From an uncultured Candidatus Rokubacteria bacterium (GTDB taxonomy: Bacteria > Methylomirabilota > Methylomirabilia > Rokubacteriales > CSP1-6): 64,000 bases of DNA. Location: NCBI GenBank assembly GCA_963747235.1, contig CAVVEU010000017.1, forward strand, positions 94,127 through 158,126, in the 5' to 3' direction. The notes below the pieces were generated by a model that did no database searches, had not been told where the DNA came from, and saw nothing but the letters and a program-made list of their open reading frames with translations. This document shows positions 42,738-52,467 of the stretch, one piece after another. How positions within the stretch are numbered: position 1 is the stretch's first letter; every line of letters starts with the position of its first letter. The translations under genes and the position numbers were made by a program.

Positions 42738-42876
42738 ACTGACGTAGCCCGCGTCAAGCTCTCAGCGCGCGGTCTGCGCCGCCGCGCGAAGCCGCGCCGT
42801 CTCCTCCGGGACCACCTTCCACGTGCGCTCGTCGATCGCCACCCCGTACTCCCGCCGCGCGTACGCGGGGCTGATC
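42733..42876. repeat. Direct repeat A2 (contains the functional hyuB 3' end)
   Basis: Matches 41923..42068. Confidence 0.92.
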
Positions 42877-44498
42877 TTCTCCTCCATCACGTCGCGCAGC
42901 ACGCGCTCGGGATCGCGCGCGAACGGGTTGCCCCAGCCGCCGGCGCCGGCCAGCTCGTGGCGGTAGACGTCGCCGTGCCGCACGGTCAGCGTGCACTTGG
43001 CCGGCAGCTCGCGCTCCTCCGGGCCGGGGTTGAGCACGTTGCGCGACGGCGTGCCCGGGCGCCCGCCCGCCAGGCCATAGGGCACGTGGTGGCGCCGGTC
43101 GGTGCGGAGCTGGAGCGTGCCTTCCGCCTCGAGGAAGCGATACTGCCGCTCGAGGGCGAGGCCGCCCCGGAACTTGCCGGGGCCGCCGGTGTCGGGCAGG
43201 TAGCCGTAGCGCTCGATCATCAGCGGGTACTCGGCCTCGATGATCTCGACGGGATTGTTCGAGAAGTTCACGACCGAGCTGCTGCACGCGTCCACGCCGT
43301 CCTTGGTCGGGCGGCCGCCCCAGGAGCCGAAGAGGAACTCGAGGAAGACGAAGGGCCGCCGCTCGGCGTCGTAGCCGCCGAAGCTCACGCCGGTGTCGCC
43401 GCCCACCTCGCACGCGAAGACGCGATCGGGCGCGATCTGGGCGAGGGCGCCGAACACCGCGTTGGCCATGCGGAAGCCGGTGAGGCCGCGGGCGGCGACC
43501 GCGGCGGGCATGACCGGGTTGACCACGGTGCCGGGCGGCGCGATCACCTCGATGGGGCGGAAGTAGCCCTCGTTGTTGGGCGGCGTGCCGCCGACCAGGT
43601 GGCGCACGCACGCGTACACCGCGGACTTGGTGAAGGGCAGCGGCGAGTTGATGGCGCCCTTCACCTGCGGCGCCGAGCCGGTGAAGTCGGCGATCAGGCG
43701 GTCGCCCGTGACCGTGATGGCCACCGTGATCGGGATCGGGTCGGGATCGATGCCGTCGTCGTCCATCCAGTCGGTGAACGTGTAGGTGCCGTCGGGCATG
43801 GCGGTGATGGCGTTGCGCGCCAGGCGCTCGGCCTGGTCGAGCAGCGCGGTCGTGCACGCCGCGAAGCGCTCGGCGCCGTACTGCTCGGCCAGCTTCAGGT
43901 AGCCGCGCTCGCCGGTGAGGCAGGCGGCCACCTGCGAGCGCACGTCGCCCAGCACCTGGCGCGGCACGCGCACGTTGCGGTCGATCAGCTCGAACAGCGC
44001 GTCCACCGGCTTGCCCGCCGCGTAGAGCCGCAGCGGCGGGATCCGCAGGCCCTCCTGGAAGATCTCGGTCGCGTCGCAGCCGTTGCCGCCGGCGGTCTTG
44101 CCGCCCACGTCCAGCTGGTGCCCGATGCTCGCGGACCAGCCGACGAGCCGCCGGTCCACGAAGATGGGCTTGAAGATGTAGAAGTCGGGCAGGTGCGTGC
44201 CGCCCTCGTACGGATCGTTCAGGATGAACACGTCGCCCGGCTCGAGGCTCGGGCCGAACTTGCGGCGCACCTGCGCCATCGCGTCGGGGATGGAGCCGAG
44301 ATGGAGCGGCAGGGTCAGGCCCTGGGCGATCAGGCGGCCGTCCACGTCGCAGAGGGCGCACGACATGTCCATCGCGTTCTTGAGGTTGTTCGAGTAGGCG
44401 GTGCGCACGAGCGCGATGGCCATCTCGTCCACGATCGCGTCGAGGCCGTTCTTGACCAGCTCGAGGAGGATCGGATCGCTGAGATCGCGGGCGGTCAT
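42762..44498 (-). CDS. hyuB: Hydantoinase B/oxoprolinase family subunit
   Basis: NDPYEGGTHLPD, HQLDVGG, EIFQEGLRIPP, GGPGKFRGG, GAGGWG. Confidence 0.9.
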   Translation of the reverse strand: MTARDLSDPILLELVKNGLDAIVDEMAIALVRTAYSNNLKNAMDMSCALCDVDGRLIAQGLTLPLHLGSIPDAMAQVRRKFGPSLEPGDVFILNDPYEGGTHLPDFYIFKPIFVDRRLVGWSASIGHQLDVGGKTAGGNGCDATEIFQEGLRIPPLRLYAAGKPVDALFELIDRNVRVPRQVLGDVRSQVAACLTGERGYLKLAEQYGAERFAACTTALLDQAERLARNAITAMPDGTYTFTDWMDDDGIDPDPIPITVAITVTGDRLIADFTGSAPQVKGAINSPLPFTKSAVYACVRHLVGGTPPNNEGYFRPIEVIAPPGTVVNPVMPAAVAARGLTGFRMANAVFGALAQIAPDRVFACEVGGDTGVSFGGYDAERRPFVFLEFLFGSWGGRPTKDGVDACSSSVVNFSNNPVEIIEAEYPLMIERYGYLPDTGGPGKFRGGLALERQYRFLEAEGTLQLRTDRRHHVPYGLAGGRPGTPSRNVLNPGPEERELPAKCTLTVRHGDVYRHELAGAGGWGNPFARDPERVLRDVMEEKISPAYARREYGVAIDERTWKVVPEETARLRAAAQTAR

Positions 44499-46573
44499 GC
44501 GGGGCCTCCGGTGGTGATGACGATATTGCCGTGCGCGTCCAGGCGGGCCGCGCAGCCCGGCGGGACCAGGGTGGTGGCGTCGTACTCGTCGAGGAGCAGC
44601 GGCCCCGGCCGCGCGGTGGCGTCGAGCGCCGCGCGCGTGATGACGGGCGTCGCGATCGCCCCGTGGGCGGGGCCGAAGTAGGCGCGGCGGTCCCCGCCCC
44701 GCCCGGCGCGGTCCTCCTGGAGCCGGATCGCCGCGCGGTCCGCGGGCCGCAGCACGCGCGCGGTGAGCCGCAGGTTCACGATCTGGATGGGATCGCCCTC
44801 CGCCTGGTGGCCGTAGGTGCGCTCGTGCTCGCGGCCGAAGTCGGCGGCCAGCGTCCGGAACGCCTCGTCGCTGAACGCCGGCGGCAGCGGCACCGTCAGC
44901 TCGAAGGATTGCCCCTGGTACTTGAGGTCCACCGACCGCTCGATCTCCACGCGCGCCCGGCTGCCCTCGGCGCGCAGCAGGGCCTCGGCCTCGCGCTCCA
45001 TCTCCGCCACCACGGCGCCGATCTCCGAGGGCTTCGTGCCGAAGAGCGGCCGGAGGACCGTCCGGACCAGGTGATGCTCCACCTCGGCCTCCAGCAGGCC
45101 GAGCGCGCTGAAGACGCCGGGCGCGGGCGGGACCAGGATCGTGCCGATCTCGAGCGAGCGCGCCATCTCGGCGGCGAAGAGCGGGCCGTTGCCGCCGAAG
45201 GCCACCAGCGTGAAGTCGCGCGGGTCGCGGCCGCGCTCGATGGTGACGGCGCGGACCGCGCGCGCCATGCCCGCGCACCCGAGCAGGTAGACGCCGTGGG
45301 CGGCGTCGGCCACGTCGATGCCGAGGGGCGCGGCGATCTGCTCGGCGACCGCGCGGCGGGCCTTCTGGGCGTCCAGCCGCAGGCCGCTCGGCAGGCGCTC
45401 GGGGTGCAGGTAGCCGAGCGTCACGTTGGCGTCGGTCAGCGTGACCTCGGTGCCGCCCTGGTCGTAGCAGACGGGCCCGGGCACCGCGCCCGCGCTCCGC
45501 GGGCCCACGTGCAGCGCCCGCGCGCCGTCCACGTGCACGATGCTGCCGCCGCCCGCGCCGACCTCGGCGATGTCGATGGCGGGCACGCGCAGCAGGAAGC
45601 CGCCGCCCTTGTTGAGCCGGCTGCCCTGCGACATGCTGCCGCCGATCTCGAACTCGCCGGTGCGCTTGATCTCGTACCCCTCGATGATGGAGGCCTTCGC
45701 GGTCGTCCCGCCCATGTCGATGGAGAGCGCGTTGGGCGCGCCGATCGCCCGGGCCAGCGCGGCGGTGGCGATGACCCCGGCGGCGGGCCCCGACTCGATC
45801 ACGTGCACCGGGCGCTGGCGCCCGCCCTCGGCGGTCATGACGCCGCCGTTGGACTGCATGATGAGGAGCGGCGCCCGGGCCTCCAGCGCGCGCAGCTCGC
45901 CCTCGAGCGAGGCGAGGTAGCGGCCCATCACCGGCATCACGTAGGCGTTGGTGACCGCGGTGCTCGTGCGCTCGAACTCGCGCATCTCGGGCAGGATCTC
46001 GGAGGAGAGCGTGAGCGCCACGTGGGGCGCGCGCTCGCGGATCATCGCGCCCACCTGGGCCTCGTGGGCCGGGTTGGCGTAGGCGTGCAGGAAGCAGACC
46101 GCGATCGACTCCACGCCCTCGGCGAGCAGCCGATCGATGGCGGCGGCCGCGCCGTCCCGGTCCAGCGGCGTCACCACCTCGCCGCGGTGGTTCATGCGCT
46201 CGCGGATCTCGCGCCGCCACCGGCGGGGCACCAGCGGCGCCGGGCGCTCGAAGTCGAGGTCGTAGAGCCGCGAGAGGCGCAGCCGGCCGATCTCGAGCAG
46301 GTCGCGGAAGCCCTCGGTGGTCAGGAGGCCGGCGCGCGCGCCGCGGCGCTCCAGGATCGCGTTGGTGGCCACGGTGGTGCCGTGGATGATCTCGCCGATG
46401 TCGCGCGCCGCGATGCCGGCCTGCGCGGTCAGCTCGCGGATGCCCGCGATGATGGCCTCGGCATAGTTGGCGGTGGTCGACAGCACCTTGCAGGTGCGCG
46501 CGACGCCGTCGGGCGACACCAGGACCAGGTCGGTGAAGGTGCCCCCCACGTCCACTCCCAGCCGATAGCTCAT
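44495..46573 (-). CDS. hyuA: Hydantoinase A/oxoprolinase ATP-dependent subunit
   Basis: GVDVGGTFTD, HGTTVATN, ESGPAAG, DMGGTT, GPRSAGA, FGGNG. Confidence 0.9.
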   Translation of the reverse strand: MSYRLGVDVGGTFTDLVLVSPDGVARTCKVLSTTANYAEAIIAGIRELTAQAGIAARDIGEIIHGTTVATNAILERRGARAGLLTTEGFRDLLEIGRLRLSRLYDLDFERPAPLVPRRWRREIRERMNHRGEVVTPLDRDGAAAAIDRLLAEGVESIAVCFLHAYANPAHEAQVGAMIRERAPHVALTLSSEILPEMREFERTSTAVTNAYVMPVMGRYLASLEGELRALEARAPLLIMQSNGGVMTAEGGRQRPVHVIESGPAAGVIATAALARAIGAPNALSIDMGGTTAKASIIEGYEIKRTGEFEIGGSMSQGSRLNKGGGFLLRVPAIDIAEVGAGGGSIVHVDGARALHVGPRSAGAVPGPVCYDQGGTEVTLTDANVTLGYLHPERLPSGLRLDAQKARRAVAEQIAAPLGIDVADAAHGVYLLGCAGMARAVRAVTIERGRDPRDFTLVAFGGNGPLFAAEMARSLEIGTILVPPAPGVFSALGLLEAEVEHHLVRTVLRPLFGTKPSEIGAVVAEMEREAEALLRAEGSRARVEIERSVDLKYQGQSFELTVPLPPAFSDEAFRTLAADFGREHERTYGHQAEGDPIQIVNLRLTARVLRPADRAAIRLQEDRAGRGGDRRAYFGPAHGAIATPVITRAALDATARPGPLLLDEYDATTLVPPGCAARLDAHGNIVITTGGPA

Positions 46574-46832
46574 GCCGATCTCCCGAAGCCCGCCAGCCCG
46601 CGCGGAAAGAAGATGACGAAGACCATGATCACGAAGCCCACCGCGACCAGGTTGTACACGACGCCGACGAAGCGCAGCGCGCCGAGCACGGGCGCGACAG
46701 CGTGCCGAGCCGCCGAAGACTACCATGGCAATGCGTCCCCGCCGAGGCGACCGCCGGGCTCACGAGCTGCACGATGACCGTAGAGGCCGCCCGCCAGCCT
46801 CGCGAAGCCCGAGCTGAGCGCGAGCCAGCAGC
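46502..46832. repeat. Direct repeat B1: hyuA 5' end plus decayed livM 3' end (partner 49145..49521)
   Basis: Near-identical to 49145 onward over the first ~170 bp, then eroded by deletions. Confidence 0.92.
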
Positions 46833-47057
46833 TACTGCGAAGTCTCGAAGGCGGCCCGCGGGACGCGGCTCTGGCGAATGATGGCGAGAGGGTGCCGATC
46901 GCCAGCTCGGGATGATCGGGTACGGGTACCGTGACCGTGCCAGTCGTGGGTCGGCCCGCTGCATGACGATGTGGCTCCGCCGTCTCACTTCGCGGAAGCC
47001 GTGTTGCTGCAGTATCTGGCAGGTCTCGCGCCCGGAGAGGACGCGGAGCCTACCCAT
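46832..47057 (-). CDS. hicA: HicA-family toxin (frameshifted)
   Basis: MGRLRVLSGRETCQILQQHGFREVRRRSHIVMQ..VPVPDHPELAIGTL..IIRQS. Confidence 0.8.
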
Positions 47058-47283
47058 CCGCGGCCTGGAACTGCGTCACGAAGACGTGTTCCCGCCGCCG
47101 AGCTTTCATCTCGCTGGGATCGGCCGTCTCGAGGAACAGGGCGACGGCCTCCTTCAGGTTGTCCAGAGCGCTCTCGATCGAGGTGCCTTGGCTGGCAACA
47201 TCCAGCTCCGGGCAGAGAGCCACGTACAGGTTGCCTTCCCGCTCGATGATTGCGGTGAATACCGAACCGGTCGTGGGATTCAT
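47050..47283 (-). CDS. hicB: HicB-family antitoxin, short form
   Basis: FTAIIEREGNLYVALCPELDVASQGTSIESALDNLKEAVALFLE. Confidence 0.88.
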   Translation of the reverse strand: MNPTTGSVFTAIIEREGNLYVALCPELDVASQGTSIESALDNLKEAVALFLETADPSEMKARRREHVFVTQFQAADG

Positions 47284-47384
47284 TGCACAGACAGTCTAAC
47301 ACGCAGCAGCTGCGACCTTTCCTGTCTCCCTCAGGATACAGGCCGTGCTTCACTCATCCGCGGCGCGATGCGCGGTGGCGTCCT

Positions 47385-47600
47385 TGTCCAAACGCGCGCA
47401 CCGCTTCCCGGCCCGAGATGACCGGAAGCCGCGGGCTCACCGGGTGATGACGACGCTCCCGACCAGTACCCCGGAAGGATCGGGATCTCCTCGCCGCGTG
47501 CCTTCAAGTCCTCCACGACCAGCTCGATCGCTTCCCGGATGTTGGCCAAAGCCTCATCGACCGAGTCGCCTTGGCTGTAGCAACCAGGTAGAGACGCGGC
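47385..47600 (-). pseudogene. Second, decayed hicB-hicA pair
   Basis: SLPGCYSQGDSVDEALANIREAIEL..GEEIP, followed by MSPRLPVISGREAVRAF. Confidence 0.7.
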
Positions 47601-47602
47601 AG

Positions 47603-48956
47603 CTACTGACGTAGCTGCGACCGTAGCGCGGCCCAGAGCGCAGAACAACTCCTCGTCCTGGAAGCCAACCCCGCGCGCCGCGGTTTGCACCAGCACCAGC
47701 TTCGATCCCGGATCCACGAAGACGAACTGCCCCCGAAGGCCGCGCAGCGAAAACTGCCGGTCCGGTCCGGGCTGCAGCCACACATGATAGCCATACAGGA
47801 GCGACGGGGAGTCCAGCGTGGTTCCTCGCAACAGAGACCTCTTCGGAGCGCTCCCGTCCTCGGGGGGACCCGACAGGCGGACGCGTGGCGTCGTCGACTC
47901 GAGCAACCATTCGCGAGGAACGATAGTCTTGCCTGCCCATTGACCGTCGTTCGCCAGCATGAGTCCAATGCGTCCCCAATCCCGAAGCACGGCGTTGAAG
48001 TACGCGTAGGTGATCTCCTGCCCCGTGGCGTCGATGCTCCATGTCGCGTCCGCTTCGGCGCCGAGCGGCTGCCAGAGCTTCTCGCTCGCGTAGTCGGACA
48101 CCGAGCGGCGCGTGGCGCGCGCGAGTACGAGACCGAGGACCATCGACTCCGACGACGCGTAAGAGAAGCGCTGTCCCGGCTCGGCGTTGCGGGTGTTGAA
48201 CCGCGTGACCGCGGCCAAGCCGCCGCCGGGCTCCTGGCCCAGCGTGGCCCGCGCAAGCGTCGCGATGTCGCTGGTCATGTCCGTGTAGTCCTCCCGAAAG
48301 GCCACCCCGGAGGCCATCTGGAGCAACGCCTTGATCGGCGTCCGGCCGTACTCGGTGCCCTTCAGCTCGGGAACGTACACCTCCGCCCGCTCATCGATGG
48401 AGCGAACAGCGCCCTCTCTCACCGCGATCCCGATCAGCAGCGCGACGACGGTCTTCGCCATCGAGAACGACGTGAGGCGTTGCGTGTCGGTCCGCCCGTA
48501 CTGGTATCGCTCGACCAGAATGGAATCGCCCTTCGCGATCAGGAACCCGGTCACCGGGTGCTTGTCGAGATACTGATCGATCGTCTGGCGCTGCCCGTTG
48601 TACGTGTAGCTGATCGCGGGCTCCACCGCGGCGCGGCCCAGGCGGGTCGGTGCCGCGGGGGCCTTGATGGTTCGTGAGGGAAAGAGCTGATCGAAGTGGC
48701 TGAACGCGCCGATGCGACAGCGCTGGCGCGCGTACTCGGGGCCCTTGCAGATCGGGTATCCCTCGCCGCGACCGAAGGAGTCGGCGTCCGGCCCATCCAC
48801 CCGAAACCGCGGCCCACCCTCCGCGCTCACCCCACCGGCGGCCTGCCCTCCCGTGGGGCGGACGGCCAGCACCAGCAGGCCAAGGACGATCGCCAGGACT
48901 CCCGCGCTTGCTGCCACCGCACCGACCGTTCGGATCGAGCGCTTCCATGCGGCCAT
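47603..48956 (-). CDS. Serine hydrolase, beta-lactamase/NylB-like (frameshift near 47645)
   Basis: TSFSMAKT (SxxK), LLQMASG, FSYAS, YASEKLWQPLG; other frame ends ALWAALRSQLRQ*. Confidence 0.85.
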
Positions 48957-48979
48957 CGCCATCCTCCGACAATCGAGGT

Positions 48980-49144
48980 CAAGAGCCAACGCGGTGCGGT
49001 TGCTCCTCGGCATCATCGCCTACAACCTCGGCAATCTCCTGCGGCGGCTCGCCTTGCCGCTCGCCATCCACAGTTGGTCACTGACGAGCTTGCAACAGCG
49101 GCTGTTCAAGACTGGTGGGCGCCTGATCCGGCATGCGCGGTACT
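48980..49144 (+). mobile_element. IS1380-family transposase internal fragment
   Basis: RANAVRLLLGIIAYNLGNLLRRLALPLAIHSWSLTSLQQRLFKTGGRLIRHARY; abuts repeat B2. Confidence 0.75.
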
Positions 49145-49521
49145 GACGCCGTCGGGCGACACCAGGACCAGGTCGGTGAAGGTGCCCCCCACGTCCACTC
49201 CCAGCCGGTAGCTCATGCCGATCTCCCGAAGCCCGCCAGCCCGCGCGGAAAGAAGATGACGAAGACCATGATCACGAAGCCCACCGCGACCAGGTTGTAC
49301 ACGACGCCGACGAAGCGCAAGCCCTCGTAGAGGCCGTAGAGCAGCAGCGCGCCGAGCACCGGGCCCCACAGCGTGCCGAGGCCGCCGAAGACCACCATGC
49401 CGATGACCAGCGAGGTCGTCGCCGCCGAGGCGACCGACCGGGCTCACGAGCTGCACGTAGTAGGCGTAGAGGCCGCCCGCCAGCCCCGCGAAGCCCGAGC
49501 TGAGCGCGAACGCGAGCAGCT
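49145..49521. repeat. Direct repeat B2: truncated hyuA 5' end plus functional livM 3' end
   Basis: Encodes MSYRLGVDVGGTFTDLVLVSPDGV on the - strand, then breaks into the IS fragment. Confidence 0.92.
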
Positions 49522-50140
49522 TGTACCGCGTCGTGTCGATGCCGAGGGTCTGCGCGAGCACCTCGTCCTCGCGGATGGCCCGGAAGGCCTGGCCCGCGCT
49601 CGTGCGCTCGCAGACCTGGTACATGATGGCGACCGAGACGACCACGATCGCGACGACGACCAGGTACATCGCCTGGCGGTGGGCCAGCGCGCCGTCGGGC
49701 AGCCCCGGGAAGCTCCGGAAGTCGTGGATGCCGAACGGGCCGCCGGTGAGCGCCAGCCAGTTCGTGGCCACGAGCCGGATGATCTCGGCGAGCCCGAGGG
49801 TCACGAGCGCCAGATAGTGCCCGCGCAGCCGCAGGGCGGGGAAGCCGGTCAGGAGCCCGACGGCGGCCGCGATCGTCGCGCCCACGAGCAGGCCGAGCCA
49901 CGGCGAGACGTCGGCGTGCTTGGTGGAGGCGGCGGCCGCGTAGGCCCCGAGCGCGAAGAAGCCGGCGTGGCCGAACGAGATCTGCCCGGTGTAGCCGCTC
50001 AGCAGGTCCCAGCTCGCGGCCAGCAGCGCCCAGATCACGGCCTGCGTCGCGATGGTGAGCACGAACGGGTGCGGCAGCAGCACGGGCAGGAGCGCGGCGC
50101 CCCCGACGGCGGCGAGCGTGAGCCGCGCGCGGGCGGTCAT
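49213..50140 (-). CDS. Branched-chain amino acid ABC permease, LivM-like (frameshift near 49437)
   Basis: GYTGQISFGH, LRLRGHYLALVTL, AIREDE, FGGLGT. Confidence 0.88.
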
Positions 50141-51022
50141 CGCGAGACGGCCCGGCCGAAGAGGCCGCGGGGCCGGACCAGGAGCATCACGATCATCACC
50201 GCGAAGGCGATGAGGTTCTGCCACTGCGACGGGATCACCATCACCGAGAGCGACTCCGCGATGGAGACGAGGAAGCTCGCCACCAGCGCGCCCGCCGGGT
50301 TGCCCATGCCGCCGAGGATGGTGATGGCGAAGGCCTTGATGGTCAGCGGGAAGCCGACCGCCGGGTAGACGTTGAAGAGCGGGGCCATGAGCGCGCCGCC
50401 CACGCCCGCCAGCGCCACGCCCAGGGCCAGCGTGAGGGCGAAGATGCGCGGCAGGTTGATGCCCATCGCCTGGGCCGCGTCGGGATTGAGCGCCACCGCG
50501 CGCACCGCGAGCCCCTCGGGATGAAAGCGCAGGAACGCGAAGAGCGCGGTGAGCAGCGACGGCCGCCGCCCCGAGCACGAGCAGCCGCTGGTGGCTCACC
50601 GCGGTGACGCCCAGATCGAGGATGCCGCTCACCTGGGGCGGCACCCGCAGGTAGTCGCCCCCCGCGATCGCCAGCAGGCTCGACTGGAGGAACGTGGAGA
50701 GCCCCAGCGTCAGCACGAGGTAGAGCGGCCCCTGCGGCCGCCCCCCGAGCCGCCGCTTGAGCGGCGCGATCAGGAGCGGGTAGACGCAGAGGCCGAGCAG
50801 GAACGTCCCGACGGCCGCCCCGAGCACGCCCAGGGCGCCCGGGAGATGCAGGAGCACGACCGCCGCGAAGGCCAGGTAGCCGCCGACCGCGAAGAACTCC
50901 CCGTGGGCCACGTTGATGACGTCGAGCACGCCGAAGATCAGGCTGAGCCCGACCGCGAACAGCGCGTAGAGCCCGCCCAGGACCAGGCCCTGGATCAGGA
51001 ACTCGAGGAGCGATTCGAGCAT
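50137..51022 (-). CDS. Branched-chain amino acid ABC permease, LivH-like (frameshift near 50560)
   Basis: GLSLIFGVLDVINVAHG, KAFAITILGGMG. Confidence 0.88.
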
Positions 51023-51738
51023 CAGCCCGCGCCCTCCTCTTCCCCCAGGTAGAGCCGGCGGATCCGATCGGAGCCGCGCAGCTCGGCCGGCGTCCCGTCG
51101 AAGGCGTTCCGGCCCAGGTCCAGCACGAACACGCGGTGGGCCACCGCCAGGATCGCCTCCACGTTCTGCTCGACGATCAGCATGGCGAGCCCGTCCCGGT
51201 TGAGCGCCACGAGCGTCGCGTAGACCTGGTCGATGAAGCGCGGGGCCAGCGCGGCCGACGGCTCGTCGAGCAGCAGCAGGCGCGGGCGGACGATGAGGGC
51301 GCGGGCGATGGCGAGCAGGCGCTGCTCGCCCCCGGACAGCGCGCCGGCGAGCTGGCGGCGGCGGTCGTGGAAGAGGGGGAAGCGCGCGTAGATCGAGTCG
51401 ATGGCGCGGCGCTTGTCCGCGCGCGAGACCGTGTAGCCGCCGAGCACCAGGTTGTCGTGCACGGTCATCTCCGCGAACAGGCCGCCCGCCTGGGCCAGGT
51501 AGCCGACCCCGCAGCGCATGATCTCGTCGGGCCGCCGCCCCGCGATCTCGCGCCCGTCGAGCGCGATGCGGCCCGCCCAGGGCGCGAGATAGCCGAAGGC
51601 GGTCTTGAGCAGCGTGGACTTGCCGGCGCCGTTGGGCCCGATGATGCCGACGATCGCGCCGTCGGGGACCCGCAGCGAGGCCGACTGGAGGATCTCCAGC
51701 TTGCCGTAGCCGGAGCGCACGTCCTCAAGCTCGAGCAT
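51022..51738 (-). CDS. LivF-like ABC ATP-binding protein
   Basis: GPNGAGKST, LSGGEQ, LLDEPS, VEQN. Confidence 0.9.
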   Translation of the reverse strand: MLELEDVRSGYGKLEILQSASLRVPDGAIVGIIGPNGAGKSTLLKTAFGYLAPWAGRIALDGREIAGRRPDEIMRCGVGYLAQAGGLFAEMTVHDNLVLGGYTVSRADKRRAIDSIYARFPLFHDRRRQLAGALSGGEQRLLAIARALIVRPRLLLLDEPSAALAPRFIDQVYATLVALNRDGLAMLIVEQNVEAILAVAHRVFVLDLGRNAFDGTPAELRGSDRIRRLYLGEEEGAG

Positions 51739-52467
51739 CGTCGCTCCCGCGCTCCGCCCGTCCGAGCAGGGCCGCGATCACCCGCGCGTCGGCGCGGACC
51801 GCCGCGGGCGGCCCTTCCGCGATCTTCTCGCCGTGGTCCATCACCACGATCTTGTCGCAGAGCCCCATCACGAACGGCATGTGGTGCTCGATGATCAGGA
51901 GCGTGCGCCCGCGCGCGCGCAGGTCGCCGACCGTGTCCGCGATCTGGCGCCGGATCACCGGGTGCACGCCCGCCAGGGGCTCGTCGAGCAGCAGGAAGTC
52001 CGGCTCGATCACCAGGTTCATGGTCAGCTCGAGCAGGCGCTGCTGGCCGATGGAGAGGCTGCCCGCGGGCGCGTCGACCAGGTGGGTGAGGCCCATGCGG
52101 GCGAGCCACTCCCGGGCGCGCGGCTCCCAGCCGCGGAGCCGGCGGCCCATGGCCGCGATGGCCAGGTTCTCGCGGACGGGCAGGTCGCGGAAGATCTTCA
52201 CCGACTGGAACGTGCGGCCGACGCCGCGGCGCGCGATCTCGTGGGTGGCGAGCCCGTCGATGCGCTCGCCGTCGTAGAGGATCGCCCCCTCGTCGGGCCG
52301 CAGGAGGCCGGTCACCAGGTTGAAGATCGTGCTCTTGCCGGAGCCGTTGGGGCCGATGAGGCCCACCACGGTGCCGGGCGCGATGTCGAACGAGCAGGCG
52401 GACACGGCGCGGAGGCCGCCGAACCGCTTGCTGAGGCCGGCGAGGGCGAGCTTCGGCGGGGCGCTAC
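51725..52467 (-). CDS. LivG-like ABC ATP-binding protein (start codon damaged)
   Basis: KRFGGLRAV, GPNGSGKST, LLDEPLAG, IEHH. Confidence 0.88.

Noticed and set aside
47331-49016. Apparent serine hydrolase-HicB fusion
   Set aside because: A 1-bp shift near 47645 gives a natural end (ALWAALRSQLRQ*, 47603); the HicB part is a separate remnant.
49106-51022. Apparent LivH-LivM-HyuA fusion
   Set aside because: Produced by frameshifts, 4-bp gene overlaps and the duplicated hyuA stub.
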